Shown in pieces: positions 30,539 to 41,187 of a stretch of 64,000 nt of DNA. The DNA is taken from positions 20,500 to 84,499 of the forward strand of contig CAZQTD010000003.1 in assembly GCA_964596355.1 (NCBI GenBank), given 5' to 3'. The stretch's first letter is position 1; each line of letters starts with the position of its first letter. Below the pieces are notes generated by a model, which worked only from the letters and a program-made list of their open reading frames with translations, was not told the origin of the DNA and ran no database searches. The stretch comes from an uncultured Gammaproteobacteria bacterium. GTDB lineage: Bacteria; Patescibacteriota; Microgenomatia; UBA10105; UBA927. Both the position numbers and the translations under genes were made by a program.

Positions 30539-31158
30539 AGTCCGTCACGATTGTCTCTCACCCGCTGGTAGCCCACTCATTAACCGTTCTTCGAGATAAA
30601 ACTACCAAGACGCAGGAATTTCGGCACCACGCCAACATCGTGTCCAAAATTTTGCTTATTGAAGCGACCAAGCATATGGCCATCAAGACGAAATCCATTG
30701 AGACTCCTCTGGCAGCGATGAATGGGGCGCAGCTTAAAGACGACGTCATCGTCGTGCCGGTTCTTCGCGCGGGACTCGCGATGCTTTTTGCTCTTCAGGA
30801 TTTTTTACCGGCAGTTTCTGTGGGATTTATCGGACTTGAGCGTGATGAACAGACGGCGATTGCGCATGAGTACTATAAAAAAATACCGAAGATTTTCACG
30901 ACGCACATCGTCCTTGTCATTGACCCGATGCTCGCTACCGGCGGTTCGCTCGATGACACAATTAAAGCGGTGAAAGAAAAAGGCGCACAACGCATTGTCG
31001 TCGTGTCGATCGTTAGCGCGCCGGAGGGGATCGACCGTTTGGAGCAAAACCATCCAGACGTCCCCATCGTTACCGCGGCAGTCGATGATCACTTGAACGA
31101 CAAAGCCTATATCGTCCCGGGGTTGGGCGACTTCGGCGATCGATATTTTGGCACATAA
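30535..31158 (+). CDS. upp: Uracil phosphoribosyltransferase
   Basis: C-terminal YIVPGLGDFGDRYFGT and central VIDPMLATGGS motifs are diagnostic of Upp rather than PyrR. Confidence 0.85.
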   Translation: MKSVTIVSHPLVAHSLTVLRDKTTKTQEFRHHANIVSKILLIEATKHMAIKTKSIETPLAAMNGAQLKDDVIVVPVLRAGLAMLFALQDFLPAVSVGFIGLERDEQTAIAHEYYKKIPKIFTTHIVLVIDPMLATGGSLDDTIKAVKEKGAQRIVVVSIVSAPEGIDRLEQNHPDVPIVTAAVDDHLNDKAYIVPGLGDFGDRYFGT

Positions 31159-31161
31159 CGC

Positions 31162-32571
31162 ATGCGTTCAACAGACTTTTCATCATACGTTTCTCCGTTT
31201 TCGTGGCGATACGGCAGTAAGGAAATGCGGAGGATTTTTAGCGAGAGGAATAAGTATGCGCTGTGGCGGCGTATCTGGATTGCACTCGCAGAAGCATACC
31301 ACACCGCTGGATTGGTGAAGCTTGACGAGCTCAATGATTTAAAAAAACATGCAGATGACATTGATATAGAAAAAATCCTTGCGCTTGAAAAAGAAACAAA
31401 GCATGATGTGGTAGCGGCAATCCGTGAATTTGCATCAAAAGCGCGTGTGGGCGGCAGAACAATTCACCTTGGCGCTACAAGCGCGGATGTCGTTGACAAC
31501 GCCGATGCGGTGCGCGTAACGCAGGCGCTTGGTCTTATTCAGAATCACCTTGTCCGACTCCTCAAGTCGTTTACAAAACACATTCGAACATACGCCGCCG
31601 TGCCGTGCATGGGGTACACGCATCTACAATTTGCGGAACCCACAACCGTGGGTTACCGTCTGGCGCTGTACGCACAAGATTTGCTGATAGATCTGTCGCT
31701 CCTTGGGTTTGTTACATCGCTTTACAAAGCAAAAGGCATGAAGGGCGCCGTCGGCACACGGGCAAGCTACGCAGAGCTTCTCAAGGGAATATCAATGACG
31801 GCGCAGGAGCTTGATGACGTTGTCGCAAAAAAACTCGATCTTTCGTTTTCACTCATTACAACGCAGGTAGCTCCGCGAAAATTTGACTACCTCGTCATAT
31901 CGCTTCTTGCGAGCATCGCTTCGTCCTTGGCGAAGTTTGCCGGAGACCTGCGGATTCTCCAATCGGCAGGCATTGGCGAATGGAGTGAGCCGTTTGGCGT
32001 TGATCAAGTAGGATCATCAGCCATGCCGTTTAAGAAAAATCCCATTGGCAGTGAAAAGATTTGCTCGCTTGCGCGCTTTGTTGCTGTGCTTCCTCTTGTG
32101 GCGTTGGAGAATGCGTCGATGAGTTATCTGGAGCGGACGCTCGATGACTCGGCAAACAGACGGATTATTATCGCAGAAGCGTGTTTAAGTGTTGACGAGA
32201 TGCTTGGCACTGCCGTAACGATAGTTGAAGGGCTTGTCATTCATGCTGACCGGATCGCGTATAATGTGGCACAATACGCGCCGTTTGCCGCAACAGAAAC
32301 GATACTCATTCACCTGGTGAAACGCGGTGCGCATAGGCAAAAGGCTCACGAGCTTCTTCGACGTATTTCGATGAAGGCGTGGGATGATGTCAAAAAGGGA
32401 AATGCCAATCCAATGGTTCAATTGCTCCGAAAAGACTCGGCAATCCTGAAGTATCTTGCGCCGTCTGAAATTGACAACCTCGTCGATGTAACGCATCACA
32501 TCGGTGACGCACCCATGCGGGCGCGCGCGTTGGGGAAGATAATTGAGCAAAAGATTCGACGGCCCGATTGA
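31162..32571 (+). CDS. purB: Adenylosuccinate lyase
   Basis: N-terminus YVSPFSWRYGSKEMRRIFSE and the fumarate-lyase signature region. 469 aa. Confidence 0.85.
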   Translation: MRSTDFSSYVSPFSWRYGSKEMRRIFSERNKYALWRRIWIALAEAYHTAGLVKLDELNDLKKHADDIDIEKILALEKETKHDVVAAIREFASKARVGGRTIHLGATSADVVDNADAVRVTQALGLIQNHLVRLLKSFTKHIRTYAAVPCMGYTHLQFAEPTTVGYRLALYAQDLLIDLSLLGFVTSLYKAKGMKGAVGTRASYAELLKGISMTAQELDDVVAKKLDLSFSLITTQVAPRKFDYLVISLLASIASSLAKFAGDLRILQSAGIGEWSEPFGVDQVGSSAMPFKKNPIGSEKICSLARFVAVLPLVALENASMSYLERTLDDSANRRIIIAEACLSVDEMLGTAVTIVEGLVIHADRIAYNVAQYAPFAATETILIHLVKRGAHRQKAHELLRRISMKAWDDVKKGNANPMVQLLRKDSAILKYLAPSEIDNLVDVTHHIGDAPMRARALGKIIEQKIRRPD

Positions 32572-32601
32572 CGAACATCGAATAATTTGGTATCTTAGGC
32601 T

Positions 32602-34248
32602 GTGCCACTAAGCAAATATATTTTTGTGTCAGGTGGCGTGATTTCCGGATTGGGAAAGGGCGTCACCACCGCGTCTATTGCGCTTCTCCTCCAGCGTCGA
32701 GGATATACCGTTACCCCGGTTAAGTGTGAAAATTATCTCAACATTGACGCTGGTCTTATAAACCCCATTGAACACGGCGACCCCTTTTTGTGCGAAGATG
32801 GCACAGAAGCAGACATGGATATGGGGACGTATGAGAAGTTTTTGGACAAAAACATGTATCGCCGCAACTTCGTCACGATGGGTCAGATTTACAACGACGT
32901 TATACAGAGGGAACGCAATTTCGGTTACGACGGCGAGGATGTGGAAGCAATTCCTCACGTGACCGATGAAATAATCAAAAAGATCCGCACAGCCGGAGAA
33001 AACGAACAGGCAGACGTGGTTGTCATCGAACTGGGCGGCACGGCTGGTGAATACCAGAACGCGCTCTACTACGAAGCGTCGCGCATCCTTTCTCGAGATA
33101 AAAAAAACCGTGTCGTTCACGTCCACGTGAGCTACCTGCCCATGCCGAGGCACTTGGGCGAACCAAAGACCAAACCAACACAGCTTTCGGTGCGTACGCT
33201 CAATTCGATGGGCATTCAGCCGGATTTCATTGTCACCAGGAGTGAAAAACCCATGGATGAACGGCGGCGCGCCCGATTCGCACTCTTTTGCAATGTGGAA
33301 TCAGATCACGTCATTGACAGTGTTGACGTGCCTAGTCCGTACGAAACGCCCATCCATCTTGCGAAGCAAAAACTCGATGAAAAAATTTTGAATTTACTTG
33401 GTTTGCCGCTTAATAAACCCGACCTATCCGAATGGGTGCAAATGGTTGATACCATTCGTGCGAAGAAAAAGAAACAAAAAACGATTGCTATAGCCGGCAA
33501 ATACTTTGCTACCGGCGAGTATCAACTTCGCGACAGCTATGCTGCGCTCATGGATGCGATTGATCACGCCAGCTGGGCGCAGGGTGTTGATACAGCGGTG
33601 AAATGGATACAGGCGGAACATTTGGAAACAGGCAATGTGGATGACCTTAAAGGTGTTGACGGTATCATCGTGCCGATAGGATGGGGACCTCGGGGCGTGG
33701 AAGGAAAAATTGTCGCAGTAAACTACGCGCGGGAGCGAAAAATTCCGTACTTGGGTCTTTGTTACGGCATGCAGCTTGCAGTTGTGGAGTACGCGCGAAA
33801 CGTGCTTGGATGGACTGACGCCCATACGCTCGAATGCAACCCAAACACAACGCATCCGGTAATTCATATGATTTCCGGTCAAGCAGAAATTTTACAACGC
33901 CGTGCCTACGGCGGCACAATGCGCCTCGGCAGGTGGGAATGCCAAGTGAAGCCCGGCACAATCGCAGATTCGTGTTACATGAAGTACCATGCCTATGACG
34001 ATGAAACAAAGAAAATCGTTGGCGAGCGGCACAGGCATCGCTATGAATTCAATAACACATACGCAGGTGAATTTGAAAAGGCAGGACTTGTGCTTGCCGG
34101 CAGATCGGTGGTTGAACAGTTGGTGGAAATTATCGAATTGCCTACGTCGGTTCACCCGTTTTTCGTTGGCACGCAGTACCATCCGGAGTACAGAAGCAGG
34201 CCGCTTCGACCCCACCCGATATTCCTAAAATTCGTTGCAGCGTTGTAG
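32602..34248 (+). CDS. pyrG: CTP synthase
   Basis: N-terminus KYIFVSGGVISGLGKG. C-terminal GATase domain with GLCYGMQ. Confidence 0.9.
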   Translation: MPLSKYIFVSGGVISGLGKGVTTASIALLLQRRGYTVTPVKCENYLNIDAGLINPIEHGDPFLCEDGTEADMDMGTYEKFLDKNMYRRNFVTMGQIYNDVIQRERNFGYDGEDVEAIPHVTDEIIKKIRTAGENEQADVVVIELGGTAGEYQNALYYEASRILSRDKKNRVVHVHVSYLPMPRHLGEPKTKPTQLSVRTLNSMGIQPDFIVTRSEKPMDERRRARFALFCNVESDHVIDSVDVPSPYETPIHLAKQKLDEKILNLLGLPLNKPDLSEWVQMVDTIRAKKKKQKTIAIAGKYFATGEYQLRDSYAALMDAIDHASWAQGVDTAVKWIQAEHLETGNVDDLKGVDGIIVPIGWGPRGVEGKIVAVNYARERKIPYLGLCYGMQLAVVEYARNVLGWTDAHTLECNPNTTHPVIHMISGQAEILQRRAYGGTMRLGRWECQVKPGTIADSCYMKYHAYDDETKKIVGERHRHRYEFNNTYAGEFEKAGLVLAGRSVVEQLVEIIELPTSVHPFFVGTQYHPEYRSRPLRPHPIFLKFVAAL

Positions 34249-34358
34249 AACGAGTAAAAAAATGGTACAATAATTTTCTCACATGGTTCGGTTTCATGGA
34301 TTCATGGCCGCTTGATTGATGAGATAAATCAATGCACCAATGAAATAATCATCAAAGT

Positions 34359-34784
34359 ATGGCACATTCAATCGTCTGGACATCCCAAGAAGGAGATCAT
34401 AAAAAAACCGTGACGCTTCATGTGGGTGACACCATTCGCGTGCATTACAAACTTATTGAAAAGGAAAAGGTAACCGGCAAAACTAAGCGCGAGGTTCACG
34501 AGGAAACGCGCGAGCGCATTCAGATTTTCTTCGGCATTCTTATTGCAATTAAAGGTTCCGGTTCCAATGCAATGATTACCGTGCGGCATATCGGCGCAGG
34601 CGGCATTGGCGTTGAGCGTATATTCCCGCTTGCGAGCCCGTGGATACGCAGTATTGATGTAAAAAAGCGTGGGGATGTGCGAAGAGCGAAGTTGTATTAT
34701 CTGCGAAATCGAATCGGTAAAGCCGCAACTCGCGTCAATGAAGCCCTTGAGCACAGTCAGGATACCCCAGCGGCAACCGCCTAA
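34359..34784 (+). CDS. rplS: 50S ribosomal protein L19
   Basis: IQIFFGILIAIKGSG...RAKLYYLRNR matches the L19 consensus. Confidence 0.85.
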   Translation: MAHSIVWTSQEGDHKKTVTLHVGDTIRVHYKLIEKEKVTGKTKREVHEETRERIQIFFGILIAIKGSGSNAMITVRHIGAGGIGVERIFPLASPWIRSIDVKKRGDVRRAKLYYLRNRIGKAATRVNEALEHSQDTPAATA

Positions 34785-35151
34785 TACGCCAACGCATAAA
34801 CAGCGTCTTGGCAGGCGCGGCGAGGATTTGGCGATTGACTACCTTTCGTCACACGGCTATCGCATTATTGAGCGCAATTTCAAAGCCCGGTACGGTGAGC
34901 TCGATATCATCGCAGTTAGCCGCGGCGTTCTGGTTTTCATCGAAGTTAAAACACGGATTGGTCATGCGTACGGGAAGCCGGAAGAGTCCGTGACACCATG
35001 GAAACTGCGCGAGATTATCAAGACTGCGCAGTACTATAAACTCCTGCACCCTGAACTTCCCGACGCGATGCGCGCAGACGTCATCGCGATCGAACTTGAT
35101 GCGGACTGGACGCTTATTGACTTTAACCACATCCAGAATGTGACGCTGTAA
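34738..35151 (+). CDS. yraN: YraN/UPF0102 family endonuclease-like protein
   Basis: GRRGEDLAIDYL...NFKARYGELDIIA...FIEVKTR pattern. Start set to the internal ATG at 34738, overlapping the rplS end. Confidence 0.6.
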   Translation: MKPLSTVRIPQRQPPNTPTHKQRLGRRGEDLAIDYLSSHGYRIIERNFKARYGELDIIAVSRGVLVFIEVKTRIGHAYGKPEESVTPWKLREIIKTAQYYKLLHPELPDAMRADVIAIELDADWTLIDFNHIQNVTL

Positions 35152-35179
35152 GCACTTGGTTCGCGGTGTGATAGAGTAA

Positions 35180-36523
35180 TTACTGAAGAACAGCGGGGAA
35201 TCGGTCGTGAATGGTAATAATCATTTCGCCAAAAAGCGAGTTAGCCCAGGCGAACCAGTGGCGGGTGAATTTATTCGGGTCGTCTACGTGGACGCTTTCG
35301 TGGATATAAAACGTGTGCGCGTTCGTCCGCTTGAGGATGGAAAGGCATTGCCGTATTTCATGTTCATCTGTGGACGTCATTGCCTGCATGATCGTTGCCA
35401 TCGGCCAGAATTTATCGCACACGCCCACGTGCGGACTTGTTTCTCCGCACGCCACTTTGCCGTGGGCGTAAAACGAGTTCCACTCGCTTAAGACGAGCCT
35501 TCTGGTGTTTTGATAAATTGGATCATCAAGGGTTGTAAAACCAAGATACGGAAGACTTAGCAAGTTGGGCACGTTGGGGTCATCCATGATACAACTACTG
35601 CCGAAGCCATCCACTTCATAGGCATAGATATCGCCAAATACAGGGTGTTTGATGATGCCCCATGTTTTGATGCCCTCATCAATCTGATTGGCGAGCGTGA
35701 GACTGATTTTGGCAAGTTCAAACGCCGAAACCGCATCCAAGATCGCAGCTATTTTCCTTAAATACGACACTGCCATGGCGTTTGCAGGGATGAGGTACGG
35801 ATAGACGCACTCGTCGTCAGACGGCCGAAAGACGCTTCTGGTTAACCCGCAGTGCTTGCCCGGATAGCCGTAGCCGTGGAGTCGAACCGCGGGGTGCAGG
35901 TGGCCGGACTTGGTGCGGAACTGGTAGAGGAGATTGAGGTTTTCTTTATTGACCGTATTTTGTTCCACAAGCATGACGTTAAGTGCCTTTTGGACAGCGG
36001 CGACCCACTGTTCATCAAACGGTGAAAGGTCATCTGTTGCATTCCAATATCCCCAGCTTAGGCGTAAAAATGAACACAAGCTGTCAAGTTCGTATTTGCG
36101 TTCCCAAATGTCATAATTCCGTTCGAATGCGTTGGCATACGGATCTTTCAATATACAGTTTTTCTGCCGGTTGATTAGCCCGACAAAGAGGCTTACAAGC
36201 TCCGGATCGTCTTTGACATACGGAAGGTAGTGCCACACTTGATTCGTACTGTCCCTTAGCCACATGGCTGGGATGTCGCCGGTTATGATGAATGTATCGT
36301 CGTGGAGACTCCCCGGTTCGTCTTTGTGGAAATAAACCGTGGTGTCAAGTGAATTGGGAAAGCATTGGGTAAACATCCGCCGGATGTCCTCGTCCGCAAT
36401 TGTCTTCCCCACTTGAGCAATCACCAGCTCGACAGCGTCGCTAACAAACATCCGGTCTTGGACAGCAGGCCGTTCGTGGAGATGAGAAAAATCATGAATA
36501 TGACCGAGCTTCCGATGCGGCAT
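35180..36523 (-). CDS. Glycoside hydrolase family 125-like protein (metal-independent exo-alpha-1,6-mannosidase family)
   Basis: Motif [14 protein letters not shown] and the overall alpha/alpha-barrel-type sequence. The track ORF overlaps tRNA-Lys, so the start is set to the ATG at 36523. Confidence 0.6.
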   Translation of the reverse strand: MPHRKLGHIHDFSHLHERPAVQDRMFVSDAVELVIAQVGKTIADEDIRRMFTQCFPNSLDTTVYFHKDEPGSLHDDTFIITGDIPAMWLRDSTNQVWHYLPYVKDDPELVSLFVGLINRQKNCILKDPYANAFERNYDIWERKYELDSLCSFLRLSWGYWNATDDLSPFDEQWVAAVQKALNVMLVEQNTVNKENLNLLYQFRTKSGHLHPAVRLHGYGYPGKHCGLTRSVFRPSDDECVYPYLIPANAMAVSYLRKIAAILDAVSAFELAKISLTLANQIDEGIKTWGIIKHPVFGDIYAYEVDGFGSSCIMDDPNVPNLLSLPYLGFTTLDDPIYQNTRRLVLSEWNSFYAHGKVACGETSPHVGVCDKFWPMATIMQAMTSTDEHEIRQCLSILKRTNAHTFYIHESVHVDDPNKFTRHWFAWANSLFGEMIITIHDRFPAVLQ

Positions 36524-36540
36524 AAAGATATAGTACGCTG

Positions 36541-36612
36541 TGAGCCGTGCAGGGCTCGAACCTGCAACCAATAGCTTAAAAGGCTACTGCTCTACCATTG
36601 AGCTAACGGCCC
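36541..36612 (-). tRNA. tRNA-Lys (anticodon UUU)
   Basis: Reverse complement GGGCCGTTAGCTCAATGGTAGAGCAGTAGCCTTTTAAGCTATTGGTTGCAGGTTCGAGCCCTGCACGGCTCA. Anticodon loop CTTTTAA. Confidence 0.8.
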
Positions 36613-36639
36613 GTATAAGCTATTATACCAAATACGCCG

Positions 36640-38574
36640 TTATTTTCCTTTCTTCAGTGCATCGAGAATGGTTTTGATTGGCGTGGTGGCAACGCCAAGG
36701 TATTTGTCCGCGCCGCCGTAGTAAATATAGAGGATGCCGTCGTTAATGACCTGCCCGTTGCTAAATACCGTACCCTCGCGGTAGCCTTCGTTTTCATACC
36801 ACGTGAGCGGCTCAAGAATCGGATTATGGAGACGGGCAAGAATTTTAAGCGGATTGTTAAGATCCAGAAGCGCGGCCCCCATGCGGTACTTCGTGTCATC
36901 TTTCGATACGCCGTGATACAGAAGGAGCCATCCGTCTGCTGTTTTTTCAGGCGGGCCGTTTAAGCCTATTTTCAAATTGTCCCACGAGTTGACACGCGGC
37001 GTCATGACGGGGTGACCGCCGAGCCAGTGGTTGTCTTCAAACGTTAGGTCGTCAACGAAGTCAACCCAGATGCACGGCGGCAGCCGGTGAAACACAACGT
37101 ACTTATTGTCTATTTTTTCGCTTACAATACAGCTGTCTTTGTCATCCATGCCCGGCGCGGAAATAAGGCGCGGCCTGGTCCAATGCCAGCGGTGATTGAC
37201 AAAATCATCCACCGCGATTGTTGAAAGCGCAATTCGAGGCGGATTGATACCGTCATAGGCTGTGTAGCACATGTAGATTGTGTCGCCGATCATCGTCAAT
37301 CTAGGGTCTTCACATCCGGAAAATCCCGGTTGGTATTTGCTTTCAAACGGCTCGCGCGGGACATAAACGGGCGTGTCTAACCGCTCGTCGATATGGAGTC
37401 CGTCAACGCTCGACGCGTAGCCGAATGTTGACGTGTCATCGTCGCCCATGGCGCGGTAGAGGATATGGGTTTTACCGCCCACACGGATAGCGCCTGCGTT
37501 AAAGGTGTATTTGGATTCCCAGGCGTGGTGAGCTATCGGAGAAATGATGGGATTGCCTTCAAACCGCGCCATCATTTCCGGTTGTTTGCGCTGGGGATTA
37601 ACGGACGGATTATGGGTCAGCTCGAGCATGAGATCATTGAGCGTCACGCTTGCGCGGCAAACAGAGGTGTCGCACGCGCTGTAGTAGATAAAAAACTGTC
37701 CTTCTTCCAAAAGTGCGCCGCTTGGGAAAATGACGTTTGGCACCATGCCGTAGAGTTCGTACTGCTCTTCGGGTACTAACAGCGGGTCAACGGTCTGCCC
37801 AATGAGTTTCTGCGGATTGTCAGGATGAAGAAGCGCCGCGTCGATGCGAAACACCCTGCGGCCGCCGCCAAAATAATTTTCAATATAGCAAAACACCAGA
37901 ACCCACCCGTCATCGGTTTTGACCGGCGCGGCTCCCACTTCAAGATGGTCATTGGCTCGGTGTTTGATCGGGATACTGTGATCGTCCAGTTTTTCATACC
38001 AGCGTTGCCAAAACAGTTCATCCCAAAGCTCATGGAAACTGTCAAGTAGCGCGATGCATATTTTTGATGGCGGGCGGTCGGTGTTGGCAGTGAGAACAAC
38101 CGCTATTTTTCCATGAATCCGCTCGTTAAACAGGCTCATGGCTTTGGCGTTAAATGGTGTCACCAGATGTTTTTCATCGATGTGTTCAAAATCTCGTGTG
38201 ATCGCAACCGCGACTTTGATGCTGTCAGCATCAGGCGGCCACGAAGCAAGTGCCGTATAGAAGATGTAATGGGTGCCGTCAAATGTGATTACCCTTGGAT
38301 CCTCGCAGCCGTAGCGATCCCACAGTTCGCTGGGAGTAATCAGTTGACGTCTTTTGCGAAAGTGGACGCCGTCGCCGCTAACTGCAACGCCAATGGTGGA
38401 AAGCTTGAGCCGCCTGCCTTCGTAGAGATGTTCAAGTGAAAGCGCGCGGTAAACCATATAATACGTGGATCCTATTTTTGCAAGAGATCCGTTAAACGCG
38501 GCTTCCGCTTCCCAGCTGTTGTCTTTGTTGGGGCCCATCAGGGGATTATTTTTGGATCGTTTTGTGGTAACCAT
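36640..38574 (-). CDS. Tandem double GH130-like (beta-1,4-mannoside phosphorylase / DUF377 family) five-bladed beta-propeller protein
   Basis: Two repeats each carrying a GCEDPR motif (YGCEDPRVITFDGTHYIFYTA and SGCEDPRLTMIGDTIYMCYTA). 644 aa is about twice the usual GH130 length. Confidence 0.55.
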   Translation of the reverse strand: MVTTKRSKNNPLMGPNKDNSWEAEAAFNGSLAKIGSTYYMVYRALSLEHLYEGRRLKLSTIGVAVSGDGVHFRKRRQLITPSELWDRYGCEDPRVITFDGTHYIFYTALASWPPDADSIKVAVAITRDFEHIDEKHLVTPFNAKAMSLFNERIHGKIAVVLTANTDRPPSKICIALLDSFHELWDELFWQRWYEKLDDHSIPIKHRANDHLEVGAAPVKTDDGWVLVFCYIENYFGGGRRVFRIDAALLHPDNPQKLIGQTVDPLLVPEEQYELYGMVPNVIFPSGALLEEGQFFIYYSACDTSVCRASVTLNDLMLELTHNPSVNPQRKQPEMMARFEGNPIISPIAHHAWESKYTFNAGAIRVGGKTHILYRAMGDDDTSTFGYASSVDGLHIDERLDTPVYVPREPFESKYQPGFSGCEDPRLTMIGDTIYMCYTAYDGINPPRIALSTIAVDDFVNHRWHWTRPRLISAPGMDDKDSCIVSEKIDNKYVVFHRLPPCIWVDFVDDLTFEDNHWLGGHPVMTPRVNSWDNLKIGLNGPPEKTADGWLLLYHGVSKDDTKYRMGAALLDLNNPLKILARLHNPILEPLTWYENEGYREGTVFSNGQVINDGILYIYYGGADKYLGVATTPIKTILDALKKGK

Positions 38575-38624
38575 GGGCAGTATATATCTTTCACCATATC
38601 ATATGAATGGCGGTAGTCAAGAAG

Positions 38625-41183
38625 TCAGCGCGGGTAATATGCGCGGCGCAATATGCGCTTGCGGATTTCAGAAGCAACGATTAATACCAGCGAGACGGCG
38701 ATGGCCTCATCCAAAAGAAGCCACGGCGGCGACGTAATGCTGAACAACTGTTGCGTGAACGGTATATACATCAAAAGGAGCTGTATAAGTATGACGGCGA
38801 TTGGCAGGAAGATCCATTTGTTTTTTCTGGTTCTTGAGTGCGCAATCGAATGATCGCCAGAGGCAACGTCGAGGTAAATGAACTGTTGAGCAAGAACAAT
38901 GATGAAAAACGCAAGCGTCCTTCCAAGGATAACGTTTTCATGTCGCCAGCCCAGGGAAAACGCGAACAGCGTAACGACGGCAGTCAAAAGGCTTACTTCG
39001 ACAAACCAGCGAATGTCGAAGGCAGTAAAAAGCGCAGAATCGGTTCTGGGCTTTCGCTTCATAATGGATTGGTGCTTGGGATTGACCGCAAGCGCGATAG
39101 CCTGCAGGCTGTCGGTTGCCAGATTCATATACAGAATGTGGATAGGCGCAAGAATAAACGGCCATCCGATTATGGCGCCTCCCACGAGTGCGAAAATTTC
39201 TCCGACATTACATCCCAATAAGTATTTAATTGAGTTTTTCATGTTGTCGTATATTGCTCTGCCTTCTTCAATGGCTTTGACAATTGTGGCGTAATTATCG
39301 TCAGTAACAATCATTTCCGCGGCTTCTTTCGCTACATCAGTGCCGGTTATCCCCATTGCGACCCCAACGTCTGCCTGTTTGAGCGCAAGCGCGTCATTGA
39401 CGCCGTCGCCGGTGACAGCGACGACATTCCCCATTTGTTGAAGAAGCTTGATGATGGCAAGCTTCTGTTCCGGCGTCGTGCGGGCAAACACTCGTACTCT
39501 GGACAGTTTTTCTTTGGCTTCCTCGTCGGTGAGCGTGTCAAACTGTGTTCCTGTGATAACTTCCTCGCCGTGGGAAATGAGATTAATGTGCTTGGCTATG
39601 GCGTAGGCAGTCAGCTCATTATCGCCAGTGATCATGATGGTTTTTATTCCCGCCGCTCGGGCGACGGCTATGGCATCTTTGACCTCTTCTCGCGGGGGAT
39701 CGGCTATGCCAACAAATCCTAAAAACGTCAAATTTGCTTCTGCCTCTGCGCGGTCTTGATGACGAAATGCGTCGTTTTTTGCGGCAAACGCTATCAACCG
39801 CAGGCCGTCTTTTGCGAACGATTCGAATGCGGCGGTGATTTGGGCTGTATAACTCCCATCGAGCGCTCGCTCTTTTCCGTCAATGAGTATCCGGGTTGAT
39901 TTTTTAAGGATTGCCTCCGGCGCGCCCTTGGTATAGACATGCGTGCCAGTTGTGTCTTTCCAGACGACGGACATCGTTTTCGTCGTTGCGTCAAACGCGT
40001 ACTCTTCAAGAAGTGTTCCGTCTCGTTTCGTTGCCGCTATATTAGCACCCGCGTCAACGGCAAACAAAAGGAGAGCTCCTTCTGTTCTGTCGCCTACGAT
40101 GTCATACGTGCCGTGATCGCGGATAGGCGCGAGGCTTGCGTTATTACAAATGAAGGAAACGCGCATAAGTTGCGAAAAGACGTTGTTTTGAAGTGTCAGT
40201 TCTTTGCCGTTGTGCCTGTGCGATGCGCCGTTGAACCATAATTTGACGACGCGCATTTCATTTTTTGTGATCGTGCCCGTTTTATCTGTCGCTATGACGG
40301 TAACCCCGCCAACTGCTTCGATAGCGGCAAGCTTGCGCAAGATTGCTTTTTGGCGAGCCATCCGCTGCGTACCGAGAGCAAGCGTAATGGTGATGACCGC
40401 AGGCAAGCCTTCCGGAACCGCAGCAACCGCCAAGCTAATGCTGGTTAACAGCATTTCGATAATCGGAAGCTGCTTGACGATTCCAATCATAAAAATGGCG
40501 ACTGCAGCTGCCGTTGCCAGAATACCGATTTGTTTGGCGACGATGGCAAGCCGTTTTTCAAGGGGCGTTTCTTCTTTTTCAATGCTCGTGAGGCCTTTGG
40601 CGATAGCACCGAAACGCGTATTCATGCCGGTTGCCGTGATTTTAGCCGTTGCTCTGCCTTTGGCGGCGATTGTTCCCATGAACACCGTCCGTTTCTCCGG
40701 ATTGTCAGCATCTTTTTCAATGGGCATGGATTCGCCTGTTAGGGAGGCCTCGTTTGTTTCAAAGTGAAGGCTGCGAATGATGGTTGCATCGGCAGGGATT
40801 TTATCGCCTTCTTCCAGAAGAATGATATCTCCGGGCACTAGCAGTCTGTTGTCAAGTTCAACCGCGACGCCGTCGCGCACGACTTTGGTGGTGGAAACGG
40901 TCATCTTTTTCAGAGCAGCAAGAGCTTTTTCTGCCCGATACTCCTGAACAAAGCCGAGAATCGCGTTAAGAATAACAATGCAAAAAATGAGTATGCTTTC
41001 AAGCACGTCGCCAAGAACGAGAGAGAGGACAGTAGCAAGAAGCAGAATGATCACTAGCGGGCTTTTGAACTGCTCAACGAACATGCCAACGGGCGTAGCG
41101 TGCGGCGTTTCTACAAGCTCATTGGGGCCGTGCATTTGAAGGAGTTGTGCGGCTTCAGAAGACGTGAGGCCGTGTTGCTTCAT
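38625..41183 (-). CDS. Cation-transporting P-type ATPase (P2-type, Ca2+-ATPase-like)
   Basis: DKTGTIT phosphorylation motif, TGDGVNDALALKQADVGVAMG hinge, 10 predicted transmembrane segments. Confidence 0.8.
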   Translation of the reverse strand: MKQHGLTSSEAAQLLQMHGPNELVETPHATPVGMFVEQFKSPLVIILLLATVLSLVLGDVLESILIFCIVILNAILGFVQEYRAEKALAALKKMTVSTTKVVRDGVAVELDNRLLVPGDIILLEEGDKIPADATIIRSLHFETNEASLTGESMPIEKDADNPEKRTVFMGTIAAKGRATAKITATGMNTRFGAIAKGLTSIEKEETPLEKRLAIVAKQIGILATAAAVAIFMIGIVKQLPIIEMLLTSISLAVAAVPEGLPAVITITLALGTQRMARQKAILRKLAAIEAVGGVTVIATDKTGTITKNEMRVVKLWFNGASHRHNGKELTLQNNVFSQLMRVSFICNNASLAPIRDHGTYDIVGDRTEGALLLFAVDAGANIAATKRDGTLLEEYAFDATTKTMSVVWKDTTGTHVYTKGAPEAILKKSTRILIDGKERALDGSYTAQITAAFESFAKDGLRLIAFAAKNDAFRHQDRAEAEANLTFLGFVGIADPPREEVKDAIAVARAAGIKTIMITGDNELTAYAIAKHINLISHGEEVITGTQFDTLTDEEAKEKLSRVRVFARTTPEQKLAIIKLLQQMGNVVAVTGDGVNDALALKQADVGVAMGITGTDVAKEAAEMIVTDDNYATIVKAIEEGRAIYDNMKNSIKYLLGCNVGEIFALVGGAIIGWPFILAPIHILYMNLATDSLQAIALAVNPKHQSIMKRKPRTDSALFTAFDIRWFVEVSLLTAVVTLFAFSLGWRHENVILGRTLAFFIIVLAQQFIYLDVASGDHSIAHSRTRKNKWIFLPIAVILIQLLLMYIPFTQQLFSITSPPWLLLDEAIAVSLVLIVASEIRKRILRRAYYPR

Positions 41184-41187
41184 AGTA

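Noticed and set aside
34669-34784. Track ORF start for the yraN-like gene at 34669, overlapping 116 nt of rplS
   Set aside because: The YraN family N-terminus begins near GRRGEDLA. The internal ATG at 34738 gives a more typical length and a smaller overlap.
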